This document shows positions 54,647 through 64,000 of a stretch of 64,000 bases of DNA, piece after piece. The stretch is from the NCBI GenBank assembly GCA_965261355.1, contig CBDHDK010000002.1, positions 731,304 through 795,303 of the forward strand. Reading direction: 5' to 3'. The DNA comes from Dehalococcoidia bacterium. Its GTDB lineage: Bacteria; Chloroflexota; Dehalococcoidia; Lucifugimonadales; UBA3495. The position numbers were made by a program, and so were the translations under genes. The notes beneath the pieces are model-generated. The model did no database searches, had not been told where the DNA came from, and saw only the letters and a list, made by a program, of their open reading frames with translations. Positions within the stretch are counted from its first letter, which is position 1, and each line of letters opens with the position of its first letter.

Positions 54647-55831
54647 CTACCCCTCCGGTGCCAACCGGAAGCGCCACAGCGCCACCGCCAGGAACACGGC
54701 GGCGAACACGACCAGCGCCACCATCTCCGGGCCCACGTCCGTGAATTCGGCACCGAACAGCATCAGCTTGTTCAGCCCTCCGTTGGCCCAGCCGTGCGGC
54801 GTAAGGCGTGCCAGCGACTGCATGAACGGCGGCGTGATGAACAGCGGCCACCAGCTCCCGCCGATGGGCGCCAGCACCAGCGACGTCAGCACTCCTGCCG
54901 CCGATGCCGTCCGAACGTTGCGCACGAAGCTGGCCAGCATCACCCCGAAGGCCGCCGAGGCCACCACCATCAGCAGCGACAGAAGCACCACCGCGACCGG
55001 TGACGCTCCCAGGTCGATGTTGAACGCCAACGCTCCGATCACCCACATCACCGCCACCTGTGCCACGCCGATCACGGCCCCGGCCAGGAACTTGCCCACG
55101 ATCAGCGACTCCCTTCGCACGCCGTTTGCCATCAGGCGCTCCAGCGTGTGTGTCTGCCGCTCCCGGGCCAGGGCCTCGGCGCCCATGGCGGCTGTGAAGA
55201 AGACGAACATCGTCAGGTAGCCCGGCAGGACGAAGTTCGACGTGTTGAACGGCGCGATCTCTCCAACCTGTTCCACCCGGACGCTGATGGCCGGGCCGCT
55301 GGTGTCCGCCAGCAGCTCCTGCATAGCGGCGGCGGCCTCCTGCGGATTCCCCAGCGCGACGACCGACGCCACCGTTGCCTGCGCCTCCGAGAAGCGGGAC
55401 GCGATTTCCTGGGCGAACCCGCGCAGGGCCGCTTCATCGGCCGCTGGAATGTCTCCTGTGACCACCTCCAGTGTGGCTGTCTCCCCCGAAAGAAGCTTCT
55501 GTGTGAAGTCTTCAGGGAAGGATACAAAGCCGTCGAGCTCCCCCGTCTCCACGGCCGCCAGTGCCTCGTCGTGGTCCAGGGACGCAGCCAGACCGTCTGC
55601 GGACGAGACTATGGCCTCCACCGCCTGCGCGGTGATGCCGGCCGTCTCTTGCGTGGTGACTGTGAACCGCAGGTCCGCATTCTCCGGCCCCGCTCCCCGC
55701 AATGCCAGCGAGAACCCGATGACGAACACGAAGGGCAGCAGGAAGGCGAAGGTCAGCGCGGCCCGGTCCCGGAAAAAGATGCGGGTGTCCTTCGCGGCCA
55801 GCAACATGGCTTGTCGGGCGATGACGCTCAT
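54647..55831 (-). CDS. ABC-2 type transporter permease
   Basis: 394 aa. One N-terminal TM segment, a large extracytoplasmic loop and five C-terminal TM segments. Confidence 0.8.
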   Translation of the reverse strand: MSVIARQAMLLAAKDTRIFFRDRAALTFAFLLPFVFVIGFSLALRGAGPENADLRFTVTTQETAGITAQAVEAIVSSADGLAASLDHDEALAAVETGELDGFVSFPEDFTQKLLSGETATLEVVTGDIPAADEAALRGFAQEIASRFSEAQATVASVVALGNPQEAAAAMQELLADTSGPAISVRVEQVGEIAPFNTSNFVLPGYLTMFVFFTAAMGAEALARERQTHTLERLMANGVRRESLIVGKFLAGAVIGVAQVAVMWVIGALAFNIDLGASPVAVVLLSLLMVVASAAFGVMLASFVRNVRTASAAGVLTSLVLAPIGGSWWPLFITPPFMQSLARLTPHGWANGGLNKLMLFGAEFTDVGPEMVALVVFAAVFLAVALWRFRLAPEG

Positions 55832-55837
55832 CGTCGG

Positions 55838-57034
55838 CTACCGTCCTTCCGGGGTGGTACGGAACAGCACGCGGGCGATGGACAGGCCCACCACGGCCAC
55901 GCCCGCCATAACGAGCATTTCGAGCCACTGCTGGCCCAGGTGCTCTCCCTTGCCGATGATGTCCTGCATAGCGTTGATGGCATAGGCGTTGATCGTGGCC
56001 CTCGAGATTGTCTCCATCAGGCTCCCTTCCTCAATCAGGAAGAACGTCCCGCTGAACACCACCATCACCAGCGTGAAGAACACCGCGGCCCACGCAGCCT
56101 GGTTTCGGGTGCGGGCCACCGCGCCGATGACCAGCGACACGCCGGTGAAGGCCGCCGCGGCCAGCAGGGCGAAGGTCAGCAGTTCCACGTACGCCAGCGC
56201 CCCACCCGGTCGGAACACGATGAACGCCAGCGACAGCATCACCACCGTCTGGAACATCGCCCGGGACACCCCGGCCAGGAACTTGCCCACGAAGAGCTGG
56301 TTGACCCCCAACCGCGTGGTCATCAGGCGCTCCAGCGTGCCGGTGCGGCGGTCCTCGACGAAGGACTGTGCCGCCAGCGTTACCGAGAACATGACGAACA
56401 TCACTATCAACCCGGGCAGCAGCCGCGAGAACAGGTCATCTTCCGACTCGGAGTCCGGTTCTTCTCCCGGACGGCGTACCACCACCACCACCGGCGGGCT
56501 GCTGCGGAGACTGGCCAGCTGCGCCTCCACTTCGGCCTCGATGGTATCCAATGGCACGTCCGATCCCGACAGCGCCTGCTGCGTGAAGCGCCGGACGCGG
56601 GCCTCGGTGGCCATGTCGCGGGCGACGCCGCGGACGATGGCGGAGACTATCTGGCCGGTGTCGCCGCCGTTGCCCCTCTGCCGGAAAACCAGGGGCGCGG
56701 ACTCGCCGGTCTCCAGCGCCTCGCTGAACCCGTCGGGTATCACCACGGCGAACAGGATGGCCGAGCGGTCCAGGGCGTCACGGGCCTCGGCCTCGCTGCG
56801 CTCCTCCACCTCTATGGCGGCCAGCGAGTCCAGCCGCTCCACCAGCTGGCGGGCGTGAGGCCCGCCGTCGAGGTCGACGACGCTGGCTGGAGTGAACACC
56901 TCGCTGTCGTTGCTGAGCGCGCCATACATCAGCCCGAACAGCAGTATGGGCAGGGCGATGCTGAAGGCCAGTTCCGCCCGGTTACCGAGGAACAACTTCA
57001 GCTCCAGCAGAGCGATGTGGACCGGACGTATCAT
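55838..57034 (-). CDS. ABC-2 type transporter permease (paralogue)
   Basis: 398 aa. Same architecture as its neighbour. Confidence 0.8.
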   Translation of the reverse strand: MIRPVHIALLELKLFLGNRAELAFSIALPILLFGLMYGALSNDSEVFTPASVVDLDGGPHARQLVERLDSLAAIEVEERSEAEARDALDRSAILFAVVIPDGFSEALETGESAPLVFRQRGNGGDTGQIVSAIVRGVARDMATEARVRRFTQQALSGSDVPLDTIEAEVEAQLASLRSSPPVVVVVRRPGEEPDSESEDDLFSRLLPGLIVMFVMFSVTLAAQSFVEDRRTGTLERLMTTRLGVNQLFVGKFLAGVSRAMFQTVVMLSLAFIVFRPGGALAYVELLTFALLAAAAFTGVSLVIGAVARTRNQAAWAAVFFTLVMVVFSGTFFLIEEGSLMETISRATINAYAINAMQDIIGKGEHLGQQWLEMLVMAGVAVVGLSIARVLFRTTPEGR

Positions 57035-57061
57035 GACTAGCTCAGAGCGGGGGAGTGGGCG

Positions 57062-57817
57062 TCAGTCCCGAAGACGGCGGCCTGTGAGTTCCAGGAAGAC
57101 GGTCTCCAGCGTGACATCGGCGGGGTCGCCTATTTCCGCCTTCAGTTCGTCGGGGCGTCCCAGGGTGATCAGTCGGCCGTTGTCCATTATCCCCAGCCGG
57201 TCGCAGAGGCGGTCGGCCTCCTCCATGTAGTGGGTGGTGTACAGCACCGTCATGCCGTCGTCACGCAGGCCCTCCACCGTGTCGAAGATGTGGCTGCGCG
57301 ACTGCGGGTCGATGCCCACCGTCGGTTCGTCCAGGAACAGCAGTTGCGGACGGCTCATCAGGGCGACCGCCAGGTTCACCCGCCGCTTCATCCCGCCCGA
57401 GAACTTGTCCACCTTGTCGCGAGCCCGCTCCGTGAGCCCCACCGATGCCAGGTTCTCCCCGGCCGCCTCCTTCGCCTCCCGCCCCGACAGGCCCGCCATC
57501 CGCCCGAAGAACACCAGGTTGTCGGTGGCCGACAGCTCTGGGTACAGCGCCAGCTCCTGCGGGCAGACGCCCACCAGCCTCCGCACCGCGTCGCTCTCCC
57601 GCGTGACCGAATGACCGCCGACGGTGACGTCGCCTTCGTCCGGCGCAAGCACGGTCGACAGCATGCGGATCGTGGTGGTCTTGCCCGCTCCGTTGGGCCC
57701 CAGAAGTCCGAAGATCTCCTGCTTGCCAATGCTGAACGAGACGCCGTCCACCGCCTGCAGCCCGTTGAAGGCCTTGCGAAGATTGCTGGCAACGAGGAAG
57801 TCTGAAATCGCAGTCAT
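57062..57817 (-). CDS. ABC transporter ATP-binding protein (DrrA/CcmA-like)
   Basis: 'GLLGPNGAGKTT' Walker A, 'FSGGMKRR' signature, 'LLFLDEPTVGID' Walker B. Confidence 0.9.
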   Translation of the reverse strand: MTAISDFLVASNLRKAFNGLQAVDGVSFSIGKQEIFGLLGPNGAGKTTTIRMLSTVLAPDEGDVTVGGHSVTRESDAVRRLVGVCPQELALYPELSATDNLVFFGRMAGLSGREAKEAAGENLASVGLTERARDKVDKFSGGMKRRVNLAVALMSRPQLLFLDEPTVGIDPQSRSHIFDTVEGLRDDGMTVLYTTHYMEEADRLCDRLGIMDNGRLITLGRPDELKAEIGDPADVTLETVFLELTGRRLRD

Positions 57818-58176
57818 GGTTGCTCGCTGAGAGAGTTCTCCGGAATTTTACACGCCCTCGTCCATCATAAGTGGCGGAAATCCGGCTATTTTGGGCCATC
57901 AATGACCGTCGAAATCGTCCTGAAGAATTGTTTAGAAACAGGAGTCGATGCAGGAAGGCGGCAGCGTGCTTCTTGTCACCATCGACAGTCGCCGCCTGGC
58001 GGCGTGGTCTGTATGCGCCAGTCTGGATGCGAGACAGTGCTCAACTACCGCGGCTTTTCGCCCGCCGGCACCGTTGCAGACAGGCTGTCGAAACTGAGAC
58101 GGCACGCGGTCGTACCGGAGGTGGGCGAACATGGAGTGCCCCGCAGCGCTATTCTCTGGGAAAGGAGCCGCCTTCC

Positions 58177-59295
58177 CTACGGCGTGGGCGTCGCTACCTC
58201 CAGTCGTCGCGGGTCGTAGCCCGCCAGCTCCACGAAGCCCCAGCCGGATACCTCGCGGTCGTGGTGTCGTCCGGCCACCGATGCTGCGCCCTCCCAATAG
58301 GAAACGCCGAGAATGTCGCTGTCGAACTCCGACTGTTCCAGGAAGGGCGTTAGCTCCATTTCCAGCGGGCCTGCTTCCACCCTCCAGCCAACGGGGTACT
58401 CAACGCCCGTGTCGGGACTGGTCCAGGAGCTTTGCGCCGTGATGGAAACGGCATCCCCCTCAAAGTAGCTCAATCCCTCACCATCCGCGAACACGTAGGT
58501 CCCGTGTGCGGACACCCTGCGGCGCCCCTCCGGGTGCCACACCACCGCCACCATCAGGTCCGACCCGTCGTCCAGCTGGATGCTGGCCCAGTCCCAACCC
58601 ACGCGCCCGCTGGCAATCTCTCCCCACTGGTGGTCCATCCAGGCGGGGCCGCTCACCGGGCGCCGTCCCTGGGCGTCCTCAATCCACCCGGTGACGTCAA
58701 GACGGGTGCGGGAATAGTAGTAGGTGGAACCCGCTTCCGGGCCCATGTGCACCAGACCTGTTCTGCCGTGCAGAATCGGCTGACGCTGGGGTAACGCTCG
58801 CAGCTCCAGGCTGGTATTTCCCTCGGCGCCCGTGAACCCGAACCGCAAATCGTACCCCTCGCCGCCGCCGGTCATCAGCCATCCACTCGTATCCACGTCG
58901 ACCCCGCGTGCTTCCGGCCGCTCCGGTTCCAGGATACCGGTCTCCGCCGTGTGGTGGATGCCCCTCACGTGGTCCCCCAGGGAGGCCTGCAACAGGTGTG
59001 GAGTCACCCCCGGGGGGCCCTGGCTTTGGAACGTGACGAAATGATAGCTGTATTCTCCGCCCGCATCGTCGCGCAGCAACCCGTTGAAGTACCACCATTC
59101 GATGGGCGCGTCGTGGGGCGCCTCGTCGGCCGGCAGGAATACAAGCGGCTCGGGAGTGGGGGTGGGCGTCGGTATTGGCGTTGGCGTTGTGGTCGGAGTT
59201 GGCGTCGGCGTCGGCTCAGGCTGGCACCCGAACGCAAGCAGGACCGCTGCTATCGTCAGGAGGAGGAGTGCCAGACGCACAGGAAACAGGGGCAT
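58177..59295 (-). CDS. AttH/CrtC (hydroxyneurosporene synthase)-family lipocalin-like lipoprotein
   Basis: 'LLAFGCQ' lipobox, a PT-rich linker, 'HDAPIEWWYFNGLL', 'AWMDHQWG'. Function unknown. Confidence 0.6.
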   Translation of the reverse strand: MPLFPVRLALLLLTIAAVLLAFGCQPEPTPTPTPTTTPTPIPTPTPTPEPLVFLPADEAPHDAPIEWWYFNGLLRDDAGGEYSYHFVTFQSQGPPGVTPHLLQASLGDHVRGIHHTAETGILEPERPEARGVDVDTSGWLMTGGGEGYDLRFGFTGAEGNTSLELRALPQRQPILHGRTGLVHMGPEAGSTYYYSRTRLDVTGWIEDAQGRRPVSGPAWMDHQWGEIASGRVGWDWASIQLDDGSDLMVAVVWHPEGRRRVSAHGTYVFADGEGLSYFEGDAVSITAQSSWTSPDTGVEYPVGWRVEAGPLEMELTPFLEQSEFDSDILGVSYWEGAASVAGRHHDREVSGWGFVELAGYDPRRLEVATPTP

Positions 59296-59473
59296 TGCAG
59301 GTGTTCCGAAGGTCGAATGTATTGGCCAGGGGCCGTGTTACATCAGTTCAAATAACCTGATACCATCTTAACTGAAATCGAAAAGATGAATATCCGAATC
59401 ACGTACAGTGAAGTCGCAATCCGAAATATTTCGAGCTGATATAGAGACGGAAAGCGCACAGGGGGCACACGCC

Positions 59474-59893
59474 ATGGCTAATCTCACGTCTGCAGAGATC
59501 GAAGCTTTCCTGGCGGAGCCGCGAACCGCCCATCTTGTGACCCTGCGGGCATCGGGAACTCCCCACGTAGCTCCCGTCTGGTTTCTGTGGAAGGAAGGCC
59601 GCGCGTTGGTCATGGCCGATGCCGGAGCGGTGAAGGTCCGCAACATCCGTCGCAATCCCGCCGTGGCCCTCAGCATTGCAACTCCCGACCATCCGTACAA
59701 CTACGTGTCCATCGAGGGGACTGCCAACATTGCCAGCGAGGGTCTTGAGGAAATGGTCCGCGAGACCTGTGTCCTGTATGAGGGCCCGGAGCGTGGCGCC
59801 GAGTTCGCCGGCGAGCTGCTGGCGGACGAGAGGCTGACGCTAATCGCCATTTCCGTCGACCGCTTCGTGTGCTGGAAGCAAGACGACGACTAG
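59474..59893 (+). CDS. PPOX-class F420/FMN-binding protein
   Basis: Internal ATG (MANLTSAEIEAFLAEPRTAHLVTLRASGTPHVAPVWFLW). 'VRNIRRNPAVAL'. Confidence 0.75.
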   Translation: MANLTSAEIEAFLAEPRTAHLVTLRASGTPHVAPVWFLWKEGRALVMADAGAVKVRNIRRNPAVALSIATPDHPYNYVSIEGTANIASEGLEEMVRETCVLYEGPERGAEFAGELLADERLTLIAISVDRFVCWKQDDD

Positions 59894-59914
59894 GCTGGCG
59901 GGGCTCGCCTTCGG

Positions 59915-60604
59915 CTAGGACGCGTTGTCGCGCGGAGGAAGCACTCCGTTCAGCCACGCCACGAGGTCGCGGATCACTTCTCCGCTGATCTCGTGCCCCA
60001 TGTCGTAGACGTGAAACTCCGGCGAGTACCCGGCCTTCTCCAGGTAGTCCTTGGCGGCGTGGGCAGTGTTCTCGGCGATCATCTGGTCGTACCGGCCGTG
60101 CGCCACGAAGACCGGCTGGGTGCGCTCCGCAGGCAGGCGTGGGTCCAGCTCTTCAGCCCCCGGCAGCGTGGCGCTCAGAGCCACCAACCCGGCGAAGGTG
60201 CCGGCTCGTCCCAGCCCGCAGCGGTAGGTCATACCTCCGCCTTGCGAGAACCCCAGTAGCACGCTGTTCCCCTGGGCCACGTGGAACCGCTCCAGCACTT
60301 CCTCGAAGAAGTTGCCCAGCAGGGTCTCCGAGTTGGCGATTTCCTCCGGCGTCGACCCTCCCCGCGGCGTCATCCACCCGAAACCTGCGTGCCCAAGGCC
60401 CAGGTTGAAGGGAATGGGAGCGTTGGGGCAGGCATAGACGTAGCCCTTGGCGTTGATCGCCGGGGCCAATCCCGCGAGGTCGTGCATGTTGGCCCCGAAG
60501 CCGTGCAGCATGATCAGCAGCGGATATGACGCCTCGGGATCGTAGTCGTCAGGCAGCACCGTCAGGTATTGCAACCCTGGCCCTTCGTGAACTTCGCCTT
60601 TCAT
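59915..60604 (-). CDS. alpha/beta hydrolase (phospholipase/carboxylesterase family)
   Basis: 'LLIMLHGFGAN', 'LLGFSQGG' (GxSxG), C-terminal 'GHEIS'. Confidence 0.8.
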   Translation of the reverse strand: MKGEVHEGPGLQYLTVLPDDYDPEASYPLLIMLHGFGANMHDLAGLAPAINAKGYVYACPNAPIPFNLGLGHAGFGWMTPRGGSTPEEIANSETLLGNFFEEVLERFHVAQGNSVLLGFSQGGGMTYRCGLGRAGTFAGLVALSATLPGAEELDPRLPAERTQPVFVAHGRYDQMIAENTAHAAKDYLEKAGYSPEFHVYDMGHEISGEVIRDLVAWLNGVLPPRDNAS

Positions 60605-60696
60605 GCTGCACCTTCGCCGTTCAGTCTGAGCAATAATGGTAACACGTCACTCTTTCTGCGTTGGTGTAGAATCCATGCAAACTTTGTGAGGAGTAA

Positions 60697-61035
60697 GTGT
60701 TGGCTACCATATACCACCTCACCACCCCGCAATCCTGGGCCGATGTGCAGGATGGCGGCGAGTATGAAGCGCCCAGTCTTCGCGAGGAAGGGTTCATCCA
60801 CTGCTCATCCGACGAGGAGCAGACTCTCCGCGTTGCCGGGCGGCTCTACGCCGGTCAGGAGGGAATTATCGTTCTTGACGTCGACACCGACCGTCTCACC
60901 TCCGAGGTCAAGCGCGAGCCCAGCCGTTCCGGCGAGATCTACCCTCATATCTACGGTCGCATCAATCGCGACGCAGTCGTGCGTGTCCGCGACCTGTCCC
61001 TGGACTCCGACGGCCGCCACCGCCTGGACCCGTAG
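60697..61035 (+). CDS. DUF952-domain protein
   Basis: GTG start after GAGGAG. 'IYHLTTPQSW......EGFIHCS...Q......LY......IVLDVD...L...VK.E......YPHIYG.I'. Confidence 0.8.
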   Translation: MLATIYHLTTPQSWADVQDGGEYEAPSLREEGFIHCSSDEEQTLRVAGRLYAGQEGIIVLDVDTDRLTSEVKREPSRSGEIYPHIYGRINRDAVVRVRDLSLDSDGRHRLDP

Positions 61036-61041
61036 CACAGA

Positions 61042-62100
61042 ATGGCCGAAGATTCCGCCCCCTACTCCGGTGCCGAAGTTGCCGCGGTTCATCGGGCCAT
61101 CGCTCCCCCGCCTCCACCCGCGCCATCCGAAGTTTTCGGCACTGTCGAAGGGCTGGTCCCTGAGTGGATGCGCCCCTTCTGGAAGCTGGTGGATCTGGAG
61201 CCCGACCTGTTTCGCCGCCTGGCCTCCGACCCATGGGTGAAGGCCCTCTCTCACTATGCCTTCTTCCCGCCGGTGTTGCGGTGGCGCGAGGAAGGGCGCG
61301 CCATACCCGAACTGCGGATCACCGGCCGAACCCGTGGCCCGGCGGCCATCCTGCAGTCCGGCGGCGAAGCCATTGTCGTCAAGCCCTTCCAGAACACTCG
61401 CGAGGACGAGATTGCCCGCATCGCCGCTGGTGTCGGCGTCGGCCCCGAGCAGTTCTCATCGCTGCCCGGCTACCTGACCGAGCGGTTCGCCGACGGGATT
61501 TTCTTCACCGACCTGCCTCCCGAGCGCCGCGACACTGACACCCTGCGTACCGTCGGCCTCTCCCTTGGCGGAATGCTGCGAAGGCTCCATGACGCGGGCG
61601 TCTACTACAACGACGCCACCCTGGCCGACCCGGAGGGCCGCTCCCACGTCATCGTCGACGAAGACGCCGGCTGCACACTCATCGACTTCGGCGTCTCGCT
61701 GTTGGTGGACCGCCACCCGGACTACAGCCGAGAGGAGGTGCACAACTTCGTGCGCACGTTGCCGATGTACCGGATCATGGCGGGAATGGCGGACAGCCGC
61801 ACCGAGATGGACGAGTTCCTCGCCCAGTACGCCCGTCAGATGGCTGGGGTCTCTCCCGGCGACATCATGGCGAGAGACCTGAAGTTCGCTCAGCAGGGGC
61901 TTTCCATCGCCGCTCGGCGCATGGGTGAGGACATCATCGCCCCCATTCGCGACGGCTTCCTCGAGGCCTACCGCCCCCCCTGCGCCGCGCTGACCGGTTG
62001 CCCAATACAAAACGGGGCAGGCCTTCTCGCCTGCCCCATTCCTTGGCTCTCCACGACTTCGCGTCCGGTTGCTACTCCAACGATTCGATGTACAGGATGA
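61042..62100 (+). CDS. protein kinase-like fold protein (RIO/Bud32/Kdo-kinase-like), function unknown
   Basis: '..EAIVVKPF...EDEIARI..', 'LHDAGVYYNDATLADP...HVIVDEDAGCTLIDFGVS' (HxD/N...DFG-like). The 3' end overlaps the convergent coxIV-like gene by 29 nt, so the true stop is uncertain. Confidence 0.4.
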   Translation: MAEDSAPYSGAEVAAVHRAIAPPPPPAPSEVFGTVEGLVPEWMRPFWKLVDLEPDLFRRLASDPWVKALSHYAFFPPVLRWREEGRAIPELRITGRTRGPAAILQSGGEAIVVKPFQNTREDEIARIAAGVGVGPEQFSSLPGYLTERFADGIFFTDLPPERRDTDTLRTVGLSLGGMLRRLHDAGVYYNDATLADPEGRSHVIVDEDAGCTLIDFGVSLLVDRHPDYSREEVHNFVRTLPMYRIMAGMADSRTEMDEFLAQYARQMAGVSPGDIMARDLKFAQQGLSIAARRMGEDIIAPIRDGFLEAYRPPCAALTGCPIQNGAGLLACPIPWLSTTSRPVATPTIRCTG

Positions 62101-62902
62101 TCGAGTCTATCTCCTCTTCCGTAACGCCCAACCCCGTGGGCATCAGTTCGCCGAACCCTTCCACCAGCTTGGCATACGGGTCGTTTATCGACTCGCGGAT
62201 GTACTCAGCGTCCACGGTGGCCGTTTCGCCACTCTCCAGGCCCTCTTGGGTCCCCCAGATTCCCTGCCACGACGGCCCGACCAGCACAGTGCCGTCGGTC
62301 GAGTGACAGGCGTTACAGCCGTAAACCTCGTTGGACAGCCGCTGTCCCTCGGCCACGGATGGCTCGCCGGCGGGGCCGCCTTGGGGGCCTCCGTTGCCGG
62401 GTACCGGAGCAGTAATCGTGAGGGCAGGAATCGTGGGCGCCAGGGTGGGCGCGGGCTGCGGCGTGGGGTCCGGGCACACGTTCTCCCCGTGTTCCCCTAT
62501 CGTGTGGTCGAAGGCGCAAGGTGCGGCCACGTCTGGCAGTCGCGGCTCTCCGCCCAGTGTCGGCTTGACTGCTGTGAACAGTCCGATGAGCGATAGCCCC
62601 ACCATCACCGCCAGCACCATCCCCGCGACGAACATCCAGAAGAACAACTTGTTGTCGAACTTCAGGTGCATGTAGAAAAGGATGACGATGGCGAACTTGA
62701 TGCCCGACAGCAGGAACAGCAGGATGGTGGTCGAGGGCTGGCCCAGGGCGTCACTGATCACCTTTTCCCGGGGACCCGGGAAGTCCATGATGATGATGAA
62801 CTCAACGATGGTGATGGCGAACAGCAGTATCGCTATTACGATGTACTGCTGTAGGGAGGGGTGCCCTCCGCCGCTGTGTTCGGTTTCGTGAGTTATGGCC
62901 AT
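62072..62902 (-). CDS. cytochrome c oxidase subunit IV (prokaryotic CoxIV/CtaF type) fused to a C-terminal mono-haem cytochrome c domain
   Basis: N-terminal 'HPSLQQYIVIAILLFAITIVEF...FAIVILFYMHLKFD' (3 TM segments). C-terminal 'CNACHSTDGT..VGPSWQGIWG...LMP' (CxxCH plus Met ligand). Confidence 0.7.
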   Translation of the reverse strand: MAITHETEHSGGGHPSLQQYIVIAILLFAITIVEFIIIMDFPGPREKVISDALGQPSTTILLFLLSGIKFAIVILFYMHLKFDNKLFFWMFVAGMVLAVMVGLSLIGLFTAVKPTLGGEPRLPDVAAPCAFDHTIGEHGENVCPDPTPQPAPTLAPTIPALTITAPVPGNGGPQGGPAGEPSVAEGQRLSNEVYGCNACHSTDGTVLVGPSWQGIWGTQEGLESGETATVDAEYIRESINDPYAKLVEGFGELMPTGLGVTEEEIDSIILYIESLE

Positions 62903-62968
62903 CTGGCGAGTTCTCCAGGTATTGGGAAGCAGGTTTCAGCAAGCCCGGCTTCAGAAGATGCGGCCCTT

Positions 62969-63679
62969 CTAGTGACCGATAACCCCCGGACCGGCGTCGA
63001 AACCGCCAACCAAGTACAGCAGGGTGAAGATCACTATCCAGACGATGTCAACGAAGTGCCAGTACAGTCCGCAGATTTCCACGTCCAGCGCGGTCCCGGG
63101 ATGCACACGTCCCTTGAAGGAAATCACGAATAAGGCCAGCAGCCAGATGATTCCCAGCGTTACGTGGGCGCCATGGAACCCGGTAAGCGTGAAGAAGGTT
63201 GCCCCGAACAGGTTCTGTCCCAGGGTCAGGCCTTCGTTCTTGAACAGGTTGAATTCGTAGACCTGAAACCCGATGAAGATGGCGCCCAGTATCGCGGTGG
63301 CCAGCAGCCAGAGCTTGATTCCCGTCTGGTTGTTCTCGTTGGTCGCCGCCAGCGCTCGCACCATCGCGAAGCTGGAGCACAGCAGCACGAAGGTGCTGAT
63401 GGTGGTGATCGGAATGTCGATAATGTCTATCGGGTAAGGCCCAGTCAGGCTCTGTCCACGATAGACCATGTAGGTGGCGATCAGGGAGCCGAAGAACAGG
63501 CAGTCCGACCCCAGGAACACCCACATCAGGAGCTTCCGGTGGTTGAGGCCGGTGGTGGTGTAGTCGTGTCCGACCGAGCCGCCGTGCTCCCCGTGCCCGG
63601 TCCCGCCGTGACGAGTCAGTGTCTCGCCGTGGGCCGGGTGGGCCGGTTCGTGGTGGGCCGATTCAGGTGCGTGGGCCAA
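62969..63679 (-). CDS. ctaE: cytochrome c oxidase subunit III
   Basis: 236 aa. 'FFTLTGFHGAHVTLG', 'YWHFVDIVWI'. Confidence 0.9.
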   Translation of the reverse strand: MAHAPESAHHEPAHPAHGETLTRHGGTGHGEHGGSVGHDYTTTGLNHRKLLMWVFLGSDCLFFGSLIATYMVYRGQSLTGPYPIDIIDIPITTISTFVLLCSSFAMVRALAATNENNQTGIKLWLLATAILGAIFIGFQVYEFNLFKNEGLTLGQNLFGATFFTLTGFHGAHVTLGIIWLLALFVISFKGRVHPGTALDVEICGLYWHFVDIVWIVIFTLLYLVGGFDAGPGVIGH

Positions 63680-63704
63680 GGTTGCTGTCTCCTACCCCTC
63701 TCGC

Positions 63705-64000
63705 CTAGTGTCCTTCTTCGGCGGCAGGCGGTTCGTTGGCCCAGCCGATTACGCCGATGAATGCAATCAGTCCGCCCAGGAAACTTACTCCGTAGTGCGA
63801 CAGCAGGCCGCCTCCGATAAGCCCCACGCCCGCGGCGGTGATTATCGGCCAGTAGGACGGGCTTGGCATGTGGATCGAATTCGGGTCCACCGCAGGCTCA
63901 GGCCCGGTGATGGGATCGCCAGCCTCGCGGGCCTCGTCCTTGACGATCCAGTAATGATCGCGTCCCAGGATGGTCGGTACTTCGGCGAAGTTGTACGGCG
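63705..64000 (-). CDS. ctaD: cytochrome c oxidase subunit I, C-terminal end (5' part beyond the window)
   Basis: The frame is open to the window edge. '..PYNFAEVPTILGRDHYWIVKDE...DPNSIHMPSPSYWPIITAAG..'. Confidence 0.7.
   Translation of the reverse strand, partial: PYNFAEVPTILGRDHYWIVKDEAREAGDPITGPEPAVDPNSIHMPSPSYWPIITAAGVGLIGGGLLSHYGVSFLGGLIAFIGVIGWANEPPAAEEGH

Overview
High-GC (~60-65%) bacterial chromosomal window. The gene content (HemQ, F420/PPOX-type proteins, LprG+MFS pair, many SDR/hotdog/enoyl-CoA genes, caa3-type oxidase) fits Chloroflexota or Actinomycetota, but the lineage cannot be verified here. The backbone is housekeeping: purL, recF, pyrE-nadD-obg, iscA/ygfZ, the gcvT-H-PA-PB glycine-cleavage operon, an ABC-2 exporter, and the ctaD/ctaE/coxIV end of a cytochrome oxidase operon. 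Short lower-GC accessory islets interrupt it: two vapBC pairs, a HEPN-like pair, an unknown+HNH nuclease pair, ImmA/IrrE+DUF4411, a NucS-like nuclease and an IS630 element. Main results of the hunt follow. (1) A SelW/Rdx-family selenoprotein gene with an in-frame UGA (C-V-A-U) and a downstream hairpin; it is absent from the ORF track. (2) A 174-bp MITE-like element with 17-bp terminal inverted repeats and 10-bp target-site duplications, in two intact copies and one degenerate copy. (3) A conserved intergenic module in three copies, each pointing at an unrelated downstream gene, with three 10-bp-phased GTTACA-like hexamers. Two of the three copies have a MITE inserted in or next to them. (4) A perfect 3x17-bp tandem repeat that ends at a ribosome-binding site. 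(5) Disruptions (homopolymer frameshifts and two in-frame TAG codons) confined to toxin, nuclease and other accessory genes, while long housekeeping genes are intact. No rRNA, tRNA or CRISPR array was found. I did not find one clearly novel multigene system. The repeat/module family and the uncharacterised accessory pairs are the best candidates for something undescribed.
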